Shown here piece by piece: positions 9,801 through 19,141 of a DNA stretch of 64,000 nt. The translations under genes and the position numbers were made by a program. The DNA lies in IMG/VR virus record IMGVR_UViG_3300036770_006893, positions 124,001-188,000 of that record. The stretch is one strand, 5' to 3'. Under the pieces are notes generated by a model, which saw nothing but the letters and a program-made list of their open reading frames with translations, made no database searches and was not told the origin of the DNA. Position 1 is the stretch's first letter. Every line of letters starts with the position of its first letter.

Positions 9801-9972
9801 TTAGAGTTACCGATGTAGATGGGTGAATATAAATCCTATTATTTGGGTCGGCTACAGCTTGACAGTTTATTGTTTTGCAGCAGCTTACTCTGACCTCTTG
9901 TGTTTTAATATATTCGGTTCCATTGATCGTAAATCTTTGTCCTACAGTAAGTTCTGAAAATGTTTTATTCAT
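9793..9972 (-). CDS. 59-aa microprotein between dnaE-N and exonuclease
   Basis: MNKTFSELTVGQRFTINGTEYIKTQEVRVSCCKTINCQAVADPNNRIYIHPSTSVTLNG; 8-bp overlaps with both neighbours; below ORF-track cutoff. Confidence 0.75.
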   Translation of the reverse strand: MNKTFSELTVGQRFTINGTEYIKTQEVRVSCCKTINCQAVADPNNRIYIHPSTSVTLNG

Positions 9973-11836
9973 AGTTAATGCCTTTATTAAGAGTGTCGGA
10001 TACCATCATTATTTTGTCTAACATAGCTATTCCCAATACATCAAATTTAATTATACCCAATGATTCTAAATCCTGCATTTCCATACCGGCTATCATTTGC
10101 TTATTTTTGGAGTCATAAACCATTGGGCAAATTTCTGATAAGTTTTGTGTACCAATAACAACCCCAGCGGCATGTTTGGATTGATTTATTTTAGTTCCCT
10201 CCAAACGAATGGCTTGTTCGAATCTTTTAGCCAGTGGGCCAGCTACGGAATTATCATCCATAAGATAACACCATTCTTTGAGTTTGTCAACATTGTTTTC
10301 TAAGGCCCAGCGAATAATAGAAGATTCGCCGGTTTCTTCTTTCATCTCTTGTAGCTCGTCAGCAATTTTAGCCTCATCTGGTATATTTTTGGTTATTTTA
10401 TTCATTTCTTCAAAGCTAATATTACCATAGGCTCTGAGTACGTCTTTCAAAGCACCTCTACCCTTAATGGTGTTAAAGGTTATCATTTGAGATACCTTGT
10501 CATGACCATATTTATTTTTGATATATTCTATGATTTGCTCTCTTTTATATTTGGGCACATCAACGTCTATATCTGGCATGCTTATACGATCACCCGAATT
10601 TCTACCAGCATTATAAAATCGTTCAAAGATTAAGTCATATTTTATTGGATCAATAGATGTAATTCCTATCAGATAGGATACCAAGCACCCGGCAGCAGAA
10701 CCTCTTCCTGGTCCAGGTAACCAGCCATTGTCCCTTACCTGATCAACGATATCGGACACTATTAAAAAATAGCTAGACAAGCCAGACCCCTGTAAAACCT
10801 CAAGCTCATACTTAATTCTGTTTACGTATTTTTCTTGATCATGTTTGGGTATGCTATTGGCTATTTTTTGAGACCAGCCTTTTCTACATAGTTCTCTTAA
10901 GTATTCGTCGCTATTCATATTATTAGGACAGCTAAATGGCGGTAGCATAGGGCGGCTAGTTATGTCATAGTCTTCACACATTTCTTCTACCATAAAAGTA
11001 TTTTCTATTTCTTGACCAGTATGCAAAGACGACATCTCTTCTCCAGAGATTATATAATAATTATCTGATTTAAAAAAACATCCCATTGGTATGTCTTCAT
11101 TATCTAGTATTTTTGTATTTATATCTACTAATGTGGTTTTCAGATTATTACAAAGTAATATTCTTTGATCTGCACTGTCTTCTTTATTGGCATAATGAGC
11201 ATCTGGTGTGCATATAACTTTAGTATTTGTTATTCTGCCGATTGATCTAATATTTTCTGTTAATTGTATTTGGTCTGGCAAAAACTCTTGATCCATAAGC
11301 TGAGCTTCTAAGAAAATATTGTCAGCTCCAAAAATGTCTTTTAGAAGATAAACATAGTCTATACACTGTGTCTGATCATAATTACAGGCCCGTAGTAAAT
11401 TAGCCAATGTTGACCCCATGTGTCCACAAAAACCTATCATATTATGATTGGCATATTCTTTTATATCCTGGATGCTTACTCTGGGTTTATGATAAAAATT
11501 TTCCGGAGTATTACTTAGCGACACAAGCTTTATTAGGCTTTTCCATCCCTCTAAGTTTTTGGCCAATACAATAAAATGAGATAGCTTGCTGTTCTCTTTA
11601 GTTTTTATAGATGCGTCTTTATCAGAAATATATAATTCACAACCCAATATTGGCTTTATATTATATTTTTTCATTGTGTTATAGAATTGTACCGCACCGG
11701 CTATTGTTCCGTGGTCAGTAATAGCGCACGCTTTAGACCCTATATTTAGACATCTATCGGCTATTTGGTCTGGTTTGGATAAGCCATCTAATAGGCTATA
11801 GTGAGTATGGACGTGAAGAGGTATATAGTTTTTCAT
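9965..11836 (-). CDS. dnaE: DNA polymerase III alpha, N-terminal half (PHP + palm/thumb, all catalytic Asp)
   Basis: HVHTHYSLLDG, AITDHG, PGRGSAAGCLV, MPDIDVD, SKHAAGVVI, IKFDVLG then ends after about 20 aa. Confidence 0.95.
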   Translation of the reverse strand: MKNYIPLHVHTHYSLLDGLSKPDQIADRCLNIGSKACAITDHGTIAGAVQFYNTMKKYNIKPILGCELYISDKDASIKTKENSKLSHFIVLAKNLEGWKSLIKLVSLSNTPENFYHKPRVSIQDIKEYANHNMIGFCGHMGSTLANLLRACNYDQTQCIDYVYLLKDIFGADNIFLEAQLMDQEFLPDQIQLTENIRSIGRITNTKVICTPDAHYANKEDSADQRILLCNNLKTTLVDINTKILDNEDIPMGCFFKSDNYYIISGEEMSSLHTGQEIENTFMVEEMCEDYDITSRPMLPPFSCPNNMNSDEYLRELCRKGWSQKIANSIPKHDQEKYVNRIKYELEVLQGSGLSSYFLIVSDIVDQVRDNGWLPGPGRGSAAGCLVSYLIGITSIDPIKYDLIFERFYNAGRNSGDRISMPDIDVDVPKYKREQIIEYIKNKYGHDKVSQMITFNTIKGRGALKDVLRAYGNISFEEMNKITKNIPDEAKIADELQEMKEETGESSIIRWALENNVDKLKEWCYLMDDNSVAGPLAKRFEQAIRLEGTKINQSKHAAGVVIGTQNLSEICPMVYDSKNKQMIAGMEMQDLESLGIIKFDVLGIAMLDKIMMVSDTLNKGINYE

Positions 11837-12870
11837 ATAGTTCCTGGTGCCTTATAATGACCAATCGTGTGATTGGGACTTATATATGTTTTAGTTGTGT
11901 GGTCGATACCATTTAATTCGATTTCGTGTTTGATTTGTTCACATTTTGTCATGTATGTGCCTTTGGCGCATGTCTGATTGTCTCTGTATTCTAGTATAGC
12001 CGGTATGTTTGAGTTTTCAAATGTGGTTTTTCCAAAGTGACACAGCTTGGTACACATCCAAGACTTATTTAGTTTGGGTCTTTTTGAAGATTTTATTGCT
12101 TCAAATTTTTGCCTTAACATATGTTCGGTTTCTATTAGGTCGTTTTTATCAAAACATATCGAAAATGGTCCTCCGTCGTTAATAAAGTATATAGAAAAAA
12201 TGATATTCTCTATATCCGGATATAGGTGACTTATGGCATAGTGATAAATCCTAAGCTGAGGATCTTTTTCTAATTTTTCTTGAGTCTTTTCTTGGCCTGT
12301 TGCCCAATCAAGCCTACGTCCAGTTTTCCAGTCTATTACCTCTATGGTGTTCTTATTGACCAGTGTTATTAGATCTATCGTGCCTTTTAGGGCTAGATTG
12401 CCCTCTATTACCCCCTCAGGAGTTTGGAAAGAATATTTTGACCATTGTTTTTTTATTTCGAAATCGAAATGCTTTTCTGGACACAATATATTTCTATTTC
12501 TTGGATCAAACATACCATCATTAAAAGAAATTGCTTTATTTACCCAGTTACGACAATCAGTTAAGTCTTTTTGAGTCCACTTGTGGTGGTTTGCTTGTGT
12601 AGAATAAAAATCATATACCTGATCTATAATTTTATCTAAGTCATAACTGTTTATGTTGATCTTCCCAACTATGTCATCATCTATAATATCTATATCGTCC
12701 TGATTAGCCTGTTTAATAAAGGCTAGTATTTCTAATACCTTATGAACTATTGTTCCTTTGTCTGCCTTTTGTCCAGATGGTCCTCGCCACCCTAGAACAT
12801 ATTCAATAAAATATTGTTGCTCACACATGGAATGCGTGTTAAATGAGCTACTTCTAAAGTATGTGATTAT
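11833..12870 (-). CDS. PD-(D/E)xK nuclease (RecB/Cas4-like exonuclease); probable non-ATG start upstream of track start 12828
   Basis: LKGTIDL, VIDWKTG, QLRIY, C-x3-C-HF; in-frame upstream IITYFRSSSFNTHS-MC matches the family N-terminal motif. Confidence 0.8.
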   Translation of the reverse strand: MITYFRSSSFNTHSMCEQQYFIEYVLGWRGPSGQKADKGTIVHKVLEILAFIKQANQDDIDIIDDDIVGKININSYDLDKIIDQVYDFYSTQANHHKWTQKDLTDCRNWVNKAISFNDGMFDPRNRNILCPEKHFDFEIKKQWSKYSFQTPEGVIEGNLALKGTIDLITLVNKNTIEVIDWKTGRRLDWATGQEKTQEKLEKDPQLRIYHYAISHLYPDIENIIFSIYFINDGGPFSICFDKNDLIETEHMLRQKFEAIKSSKRPKLNKSWMCTKLCHFGKTTFENSNIPAILEYRDNQTCAKGTYMTKCEQIKHEIELNGIDHTTKTYISPNHTIGHYKAPGTI

Positions 12871-13514
12871 AATGGTAGGATCCTTTTACTTTTTAGAAAA
12901 TTATATATGATTGAGTTTTGTTGATCTATATTTAGGTCATTATTATCTATAATTAGATCGAAGTTATTATGTGAGTAATTTTGTGGGTCCAAAGCAACTT
13001 CGCTTTCATGCTCAGAGTTGTAAGGATTTCTCGTTAGCTTAATAACATACCCACCAGCCGATTTGATGGATTCGACCTCGTTTGGAAATCTACAATCAGC
13101 TATAACAGCTATATCAGGATCATCTTTTTTTATCTTATTGATAGTTGCTTGGCACCATACATCTTTTTTCATTTTACGGAAAATTTCTGTTCCGACAAAT
13201 TGCATAACTTGTCTAGCTGTCATAAATCCCGTTTCATCATAGTCCTTAATCAATGTCCAGGAAGCATTATATCCTGGCATGTTCTTCCATTCTAAACAAG
13301 TTAGGGTGTTCTTTTCTTCGTCTGTGCCATAACACTGTTTGTCTGTTAAGCCTAGTATATCAATACAAATATCTTGTTTTAATGTATCAGCAAAGCTGTA
13401 TACCCTACATTCTGTTGTATACTGAAAATCCCTAAAAACTAAAGACTCTATGAAACGAGCACACGAAGTTTTTCCAGATTGTTTCCTTCCGGCAAATGCT
13501 ATAATCTTAGTCAT
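12867..13514 (-). CDS. Deoxynucleoside monophosphate kinase (T4 gp1-like)
   Basis: IIAFAGRKQSGKT P-loop, SFADTLK, RQVMQFVGTE, IADCRFPNE. Confidence 0.9.
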   Translation of the reverse strand: MTKIIAFAGRKQSGKTSCARFIESLVFRDFQYTTECRVYSFADTLKQDICIDILGLTDKQCYGTDEEKNTLTCLEWKNMPGYNASWTLIKDYDETGFMTARQVMQFVGTEIFRKMKKDVWCQATINKIKKDDPDIAVIADCRFPNEVESIKSAGGYVIKLTRNPYNSEHESEVALDPQNYSHNNFDLIIDNNDLNIDQQNSIIYNFLKSKRILPL

Positions 13515-14671
13515 AAAAATATTTCTATTTGTGGTAATATTACCTTTTTAACTTCTTCGACATTCATACCGCCAACATCTGGCGCATCAATTTTGATTGT
13601 TTTAATATTGTATGTTTTTTGGCACTTTTTAATTATTTTTTCAGCCCCCTCTGTCCCAGCCTTATCATTATCCATTAACAGTAATATGGTCATAGCTCCG
13701 GATATATCCAAGAGCAGCTTCTGCCTGTCTGCTAAATTAGATCCAAATATCGCAACAGAATTATGTATACCAGATTCCTCTAATCTCCAAACATTGCCTG
13801 GACTTTCTACGAGTATGACGCTTTTGGTTTTTTGTATGTGTTCTTTTGCGAACCAAAAATTATACAGATTTTCTTGTGTTTTAAAATTATGGCTGTGTCT
13901 CCACTTGGAATACTTCCATATATCACTATCGTTTGGACATGATAAGTTTGGATCATGATAAGAGTTACATTTGTTGCATTTTTCGAATATGCTTCTTCCT
14001 GTACATCCCACCATAAATTGATAATTTTTATCATAAACTGGCACTACTGAACGACCAAACATTTCTTTGCCACTATTCAAACATTCTCCAACATCGTATT
14101 TTATTAAGATCTTATCGCTAAATCCTCTATCATAAAAATATTGGGACGGTATCGACAGATTTCTGACTATGGTTTGTCTACCAATTTTCTGATTATTTTC
14201 TTCTTCATGACTTTTTATATGTTTGATGGTATTTACAAATTTATTTTTTTCTATAGTCTTTTTATTAATTTTGATATCGCTAAGGTTTTGTTTCAAAAAA
14301 TTTTGAACAAATTCTATAGCTTCTTGAAATGAACAACACTCGTCTCCATCTTTATTCCAGCCGTGATTTTGATGCGACAGTACGCCTCTCACAAAGCCTA
14401 TAATAGATGATTTAAAATATTCCTCACAATGATGTGTTCTGCATTTCCAGTTACCCCTATAAGACTCTCCAGTAGGATAAAGATTTAGAGCAGATATATT
14501 ATCTCCTCCGTGTATAGGACACGGCATTGATAGCATTTTTCCGTTTTGTCTATATTCTATCTGCAGATACTCTAGTAGATCATCTATTTCTTCGCAAAGA
14601 CTATCAGATAGAATTTTTAATTTATACTGATTGTATTTATGCGAATGGTATTTCTTCTTCATTGTTTGCAT
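13511..14671 (-). CDS. dnaG: DNA primase (DnaG-like)
   Basis: CHC2 finger CPIHGGDN...WKCRTHHC; TOPRIM VILVESPGNV and MDNDKAG. Confidence 0.85.
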   Translation of the reverse strand: MQTMKKKYHSHKYNQYKLKILSDSLCEEIDDLLEYLQIEYRQNGKMLSMPCPIHGGDNISALNLYPTGESYRGNWKCRTHHCEEYFKSSIIGFVRGVLSHQNHGWNKDGDECCSFQEAIEFVQNFLKQNLSDIKINKKTIEKNKFVNTIKHIKSHEEENNQKIGRQTIVRNLSIPSQYFYDRGFSDKILIKYDVGECLNSGKEMFGRSVVPVYDKNYQFMVGCTGRSIFEKCNKCNSYHDPNLSCPNDSDIWKYSKWRHSHNFKTQENLYNFWFAKEHIQKTKSVILVESPGNVWRLEESGIHNSVAIFGSNLADRQKLLLDISGAMTILLLMDNDKAGTEGAEKIIKKCQKTYNIKTIKIDAPDVGGMNVEEVKKVILPQIEIFL

Positions 14672-16097
14672 CGACTATGAATCCATCTTTTTTGGAGCCA
14701 GTATTATTGGTAATCTCTAATTTTGTTGAACCTTCAGAAATCTTAGCGCACCAACCTTTCATTTGGCAATTAATGTAATCGTTATCGTCTAATCCGCCTC
14801 CATGACGACTGATAATGGGTATTAGCTTACGATTACCTGATTGTCCACCATCTTCAGCTATTTCTTCATCGCTTTTTCTTTTGAATATTGTAAAATTACT
14901 ACACAGCCATATAATTCTGTCTGAACCACTGGCCGTGTCTGTGCTTTCTTTTGTGATTCCGTCTCTATTAAGCTGAACAAATGCCACGATTGGTATTTGA
15001 TATTTTGTAGCAAAATTATGTAAAGAAGTCATCATAAAGCCCAGTACCTGATACTCTTTAAGGTCTTGTGATAGTCCTGATGTATCCATAAGCTTTAGAT
15101 AATCGTAAAATATAACGCACTCTTTAGCTGTTCCGTCATCATTAAGTCCCACCGTTTGAACAACCCATCTTTTCATGATAGATAGCTGTTCGTCGAATGG
15201 TTTACCAGCTATGCTTTTGTAAAATAGTGGTGTTTTTTTAAGATTTTCTTTTGACTCATTAACTTTCTGCAAACTAACAGGAGACTCGGAAAACTTGCCG
15301 GTTTCTATTTTAGATATTTCTATCTCAGTACTCATAGCGATCAATCTGTTTACATGATCTTCGGTTGTCATTTCAGTATCCATGTTTAAAACAGGTATAT
15401 TTAACTTATTAGCTATAAAAAATCCCATATTATCAGCTAATAATGTTTTACCTGTTTTTGGACGCGCAGCTATAACATTAACAGTGCTTTTTCTTAAGCC
15501 TCCTCCAATAGCCTGATCGTATATAGGAAATCCCGTTGATATGCCAACCTGAGCTATTGGGTTGTCTATTAGATGCTGCAAATAGTCATCTATACCATCG
15601 CCAACATGTTTTGGATTAGTATCTTCAGATCCAGATATCTTAGAAGAAAAATCAAAAATAGTATCTTCGGCTATACCAAGAATAGATCCTATAGTCTCTG
15701 ATCCATTGATATCTAAAAGTTTATCTTGTGCCACAGACAGCTCGGCGTGTAGCGATCTAGCTATCTCTAATTTTTTTATTTTTGCCGCAAAGGGTTTGAT
15801 ATTCTCCAAACTGGCCGGAAAATCTAATATAGCCTTTAGGTGTTGTGTCTCCTCTTTGTTTTGCATCAAGGGCAATACGCCAAGCTCTTGGGCTGAGGAG
15901 TAAATACTGGCTACGTCTATATGAATCGGTTGCTCTTTAGTGAATATGTTCTTTAGGCACTTCCATATAAATTGATTACTATCAATAGTGAAAGTAGAAT
16001 CAGAGATAATATCGGCCACCTCGATATAGGCCTTATCTCCATATTTACATATACAGCTTAAAACAGCTCTTTCGGCTGATGGGTCGCAAAGTATCAT
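14637..16097 (-). CDS. dnaB: Replicative DNA helicase (DnaB family)
   Basis: AERAVLS N-terminus; Walker A AARPKTGKT; IFYDYLKL; QLNR. Confidence 0.93.
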   Translation of the reverse strand: MILCDPSAERAVLSCICKYGDKAYIEVADIISDSTFTIDSNQFIWKCLKNIFTKEQPIHIDVASIYSSAQELGVLPLMQNKEETQHLKAILDFPASLENIKPFAAKIKKLEIARSLHAELSVAQDKLLDINGSETIGSILGIAEDTIFDFSSKISGSEDTNPKHVGDGIDDYLQHLIDNPIAQVGISTGFPIYDQAIGGGLRKSTVNVIAARPKTGKTLLADNMGFFIANKLNIPVLNMDTEMTTEDHVNRLIAMSTEIEISKIETGKFSESPVSLQKVNESKENLKKTPLFYKSIAGKPFDEQLSIMKRWVVQTVGLNDDGTAKECVIFYDYLKLMDTSGLSQDLKEYQVLGFMMTSLHNFATKYQIPIVAFVQLNRDGITKESTDTASGSDRIIWLCSNFTIFKRKSDEEIAEDGGQSGNRKLIPIISRHGGGLDDNDYINCQMKGWCAKISEGSTKLEITNNTGSKKDGFIVDANNEEEIPFA

Positions 16098-16108
16098 AAT
16101 ATATTATA

Positions 16109-16501
16109 TCAGCCAGAGGTTGTGGAGCATCTGTTGCATTTATATCTATTTTCTCTAGAGTCATAAACAAGCGATGGGTTAACCATATCTGATCTGCCGC
16201 AAACCCTACAGGTAACCTTAACTGGCTCAAAATCTCTGCATCGAGCTACTGGCGGGTGCTTATTAAGAATTTTATCTACTGCACGATCTTCTTTATGCAT
16301 ATCTTTTTCTGGCATATCCAAAAAAGCATTATGTCGTGAGGGTCTGTCCGGAGAACCACCCACGCGCTTCTGCTTAGTGTTTTTTTGTGACTCTTCGACT
16401 TCTTTATTTTGATTTGGTTCGACATCTTGTATTAGATTTTGCAGTAGGGCTATTAGTCCTTTGATCTGCTCTGGATTGTTTTTAAGCTCATTAAGATCCA
16501 T
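16109..16501 (-). CDS. Hypothetical protein with C-terminal zinc ribbon
   Basis: CRVCG...YKCNRC. Confidence 0.7.
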   Translation of the reverse strand: MDLNELKNNPEQIKGLIALLQNLIQDVEPNQNKEVEESQKNTKQKRVGGSPDRPSRHNAFLDMPEKDMHKEDRAVDKILNKHPPVARCRDFEPVKVTCRVCGRSDMVNPSLVYDSRENRYKCNRCSTTSG

Positions 16502-16982
16502 GTTTCACCTTTGTTTTTTGTACCGAAAGTATGATATCCGCCAGATTTTTGGCACTATTTGCTATATATGATAGCCTATCGATTCGTTGTTTTGCATATT
16601 TTTTAATATTATTTAGTGATTGTGCTTTGTCGTTGTGTTTTATTGCCTGAATAGACTTCTCTATATATCCATAGCCTTTATATGAATTGACTTCGTCGGC
16701 TATGGTTTCTTTTATGCTTTCTTCGGACCAATTGAATCTGGCAATTTCCCTATTTATAGTTCTTTGTATATGAAAAGAGAATTGAGATAATCTATACGCT
16801 ATCTGAGCACAATCTTCTGGTGTTAGCTTCTCTAATTGATCTCTATTCATTGAAAGATATTCGTTCAGCTCTGACTCTGGTAAATATGTAGGATTATATG
16901 TGGGCATACCTATACCCTTTTCATATTCGTCTAATATCCTGTCCCAGTTTTGTAATTCCTCTTTAGCTGTTTTCATATCCAT
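16491..16982 (-). CDS. Hypothetical helical protein (UvsY-like recombination mediator possible)
   Basis: 163 aa, coiled-coil character, two genes from recA; function by context only. Confidence 0.55.
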   Translation of the reverse strand: MDMKTAKEELQNWDRILDEYEKGIGMPTYNPTYLPESELNEYLSMNRDQLEKLTPEDCAQIAYRLSQFSFHIQRTINREIARFNWSEESIKETIADEVNSYKGYGYIEKSIQAIKHNDKAQSLNNIKKYAKQRIDRLSYIANSAKNLADIILSVQKTKVKHGS

Positions 16983-17379
16983 TAAGCCTATCTTTCCATT
17001 GTTCTATTGATTCATAATGAGGTAAAATGATTTGCTTTATATTGTTGATATTGCACCATTCTGTTTTTGAAGAGTCTCTTTTTTTTGATTTAGCAAACCC
17101 TATCATATTTTGGTGGTAAAATTTTACAAATTTATAGTGTTGTTCTCCATGAACTTCTACGCATGTTTTTATTAGAGGCAAATAAAAGTCAAGAAATAGT
17201 GTTTCTGATCTAGTTATTTTAATTGGTACCTCTTCCAGAATTTGTAGCGTGGGGAAAAGTTCTTTAATTAAGCTCCTTGCTGATAGATGAAGATCTGACT
17301 TATTAGTGATTTTACCATGCGACAGACACCCTGTCAACTGCCATAGATAAGAATTTCCGTCTAAATCTACAACATTCAT
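16963..17379 (-). CDS. Small PD-(D/E)xK endonuclease (DUF559/Vsr-like)
   Basis: LFLDFYLP...VEVHGEQHY...D..K..WC. Confidence 0.75.
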   Translation of the reverse strand: MNVVDLDGNSYLWQLTGCLSHGKITNKSDLHLSARSLIKELFPTLQILEEVPIKITRSETLFLDFYLPLIKTCVEVHGEQHYKFVKFYHQNMIGFAKSKKRDSSKTEWCNINNIKQIILPHYESIEQWKDRLNGYENS

Positions 17380-18389
17380 GACGCTACGCCCATCGTCTCC
17401 TTAAATTCTGCGCATATTTTTTCATAAGCTTCTGGATTTTCTATCAAATACTGTCTTATTTTTTCTGATCCTTGAAATTTCATTTTTTCTTCGCCAATGT
17501 TCACTGAGTACCAAGCGCCACCCTTTTGTATAACCCCTATATCTGAAGCTAAATTAATTAATTCCATGTATTTATCTATACCTTGTCCGTATCTAATATA
17601 GCTAGTAATTGTTCCTCCAGGAGGGCCCAAAGCAGAGCATAAAACTTGCCAGTCTATTTCTTGTCCAATTTGCGTAGCGTCATTTCCTATAGTCCAAGGC
17701 TTAAAAGACTTAGCTCGTATTTTAATATCTGTTTGATATGCTATTGCTTGTCCGCTCTTCTCTTTAAATTCCGCACCATATCCTGTTGGATTACCCATAA
17801 GATGAGTTATGCCTATAACTATATTTTTGTTGACAGGAATAACGTTGGCTACTTTGCGACAAAATTTTGCTAATAGTTTTGCTCCGTCGGCTCTTTGCAT
17901 TTTATCCATATCGCTAGTAATTTCAGCCTCGGTACATAAAGCAGAATATGAGTCTATTATCAGGATGCTTCCAGGTATTTCATTTATAATTCTTTCAGCT
18001 ATTTGCAGATACTCTTCTGCATGCAATATCTTACCTTGTTGACTGCCTATAATATGAAATCTAGAAAGGTCTAAATTCGGTATTCCTTCTAGGTCTCTCT
18101 TTTTGAGTCTACCTTCTATATTTAGGTAATACACTTCTCTTGGGCTTTTGAGGTCTCCTTGGTATTTTGGATTCTGGGCAGTAGCAGCAAAATCTAATGA
18201 TGTAGTTGTCTTACCGCACTTGGGCTGGCCAGTTAGTACCACAAAACTGCCTTCTGGTATACCTCCGTTTAAAACTATGTCTAATGCTGGACTAACAGGA
18301 ATATTAATAAGTGTTTTATCAACTAAAGCATTGCCGCTGAGAATAACTTGATCGCCAAAATTTTTTGTTACGTCGTCTTTAAGACTCAT
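17376..18389 (-). CDS. recA: RecA/UvsX-family recombinase
   Basis: GQPKCGKTT P-loop, IIDSYSAL, GQAIAYQTDIKI, KGGAWYS. Confidence 0.92.
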   Translation of the reverse strand: MSLKDDVTKNFGDQVILSGNALVDKTLINIPVSPALDIVLNGGIPEGSFVVLTGQPKCGKTTTSLDFAATAQNPKYQGDLKSPREVYYLNIEGRLKKRDLEGIPNLDLSRFHIIGSQQGKILHAEEYLQIAERIINEIPGSILIIDSYSALCTEAEITSDMDKMQRADGAKLLAKFCRKVANVIPVNKNIVIGITHLMGNPTGYGAEFKEKSGQAIAYQTDIKIRAKSFKPWTIGNDATQIGQEIDWQVLCSALGPPGGTITSYIRYGQGIDKYMELINLASDIGVIQKGGAWYSVNIGEEKMKFQGSEKIRQYLIENPEAYEKICAEFKETMGVAS

Positions 18390-18804
18390 TGTCTATATTC
18401 CTTAATTTTGATAGTATGTTTTCTTTATGTATAGATTTTCTAAAAGTAGAGCCGCTGTTTCTTTCTAATTTTTTAGTCAGCTTTGTATTTTGATTTTCTA
18501 TAATTCTAGTGTACTTCTCTATAATATCAGATAGGTGAGGTGCTCTCAAGGAAAAAATTTTCTTACCCTCTGGTGAATTAAGAGCCTTTATAATTGCTTG
18601 TGCTGTATATTTTTCTAAAAGCTTATGCGCTGATGCTATTTGATTTCGATAAAATACAGACCATTTTTTTGTTGTCCAAAACCTGTAATGTAAATCACTA
18701 CCATCTTTTAGAGCCTTATTTTCACATATGATTTCTGTTATATACTGAGCTGCGCTTACATATTTACCATTAGAGTATTTTGATAGGTACTTATTGTCAT
18801 TCAT
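18379..18804 (-). CDS. Hypothetical protein
   Basis: 141 aa ORF, coupled to neighbours. Confidence 0.65.
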   Translation of the reverse strand: MNDNKYLSKYSNGKYVSAAQYITEIICENKALKDGSDLHYRFWTTKKWSVFYRNQIASAHKLLEKYTAQAIIKALNSPEGKKIFSLRAPHLSDIIEKYTRIIENQNTKLTKKLERNSGSTFRKSIHKENILSKLRNIDNES

Positions 18805-19141
18805 TAGTTTTAAAGATAGAATTTTTTGTCCTTGGGTTTTCCGATTTATGTCTTATAGAATCGTTATATTCGGAAGCTTCTTTTGTCATTATAGCAACTG
18901 TATTGTTGTTCTTAGCCGATGTTTTGGTAATCATTAGATTTTTTGATTTTGATACGGCGGGGCCAGAAGCTGTTTTGATCGAGTCTTCTGTTTCTGTCTT
19001 TTTTGATACTCCATTTTTTTCCAATACTTTAACGACTTGATCCACTTTAATTTTAAGTTCTTGAGCTATTTCTTCTGGCGAAATATTTTTACTATTTAAC
19101 CAATTAATCGCATAAATTTCTACATTTTTTAGTCTAGCCAT
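18797..19141 (-). CDS. Hypothetical HTH-containing protein
   Basis: ISPEEIAQELKIKVDQVVKVL. Confidence 0.6.
   Translation of the reverse strand: MARLKNVEIYAINWLNSKNISPEEIAQELKIKVDQVVKVLEKNGVSKKTETEDSIKTASGPAVSKSKNLMITKTSAKNNNTVAIMTKEASEYNDSIRHKSENPRTKNSIFKTNE

Noticed and set aside
7494-11836. Split intein or intron joining the dnaE halves
   Set aside because: No intein N-block after the break, no HN-C/S/T junction, and the intervening DNA is fully occupied by two coupled ORFs
11833-12870. Cas4 / CRISPR adaptation module
   Set aside because: No cas1/cas2 or array; the replication-gene context fits a phage RecB/Cas4-like exonuclease
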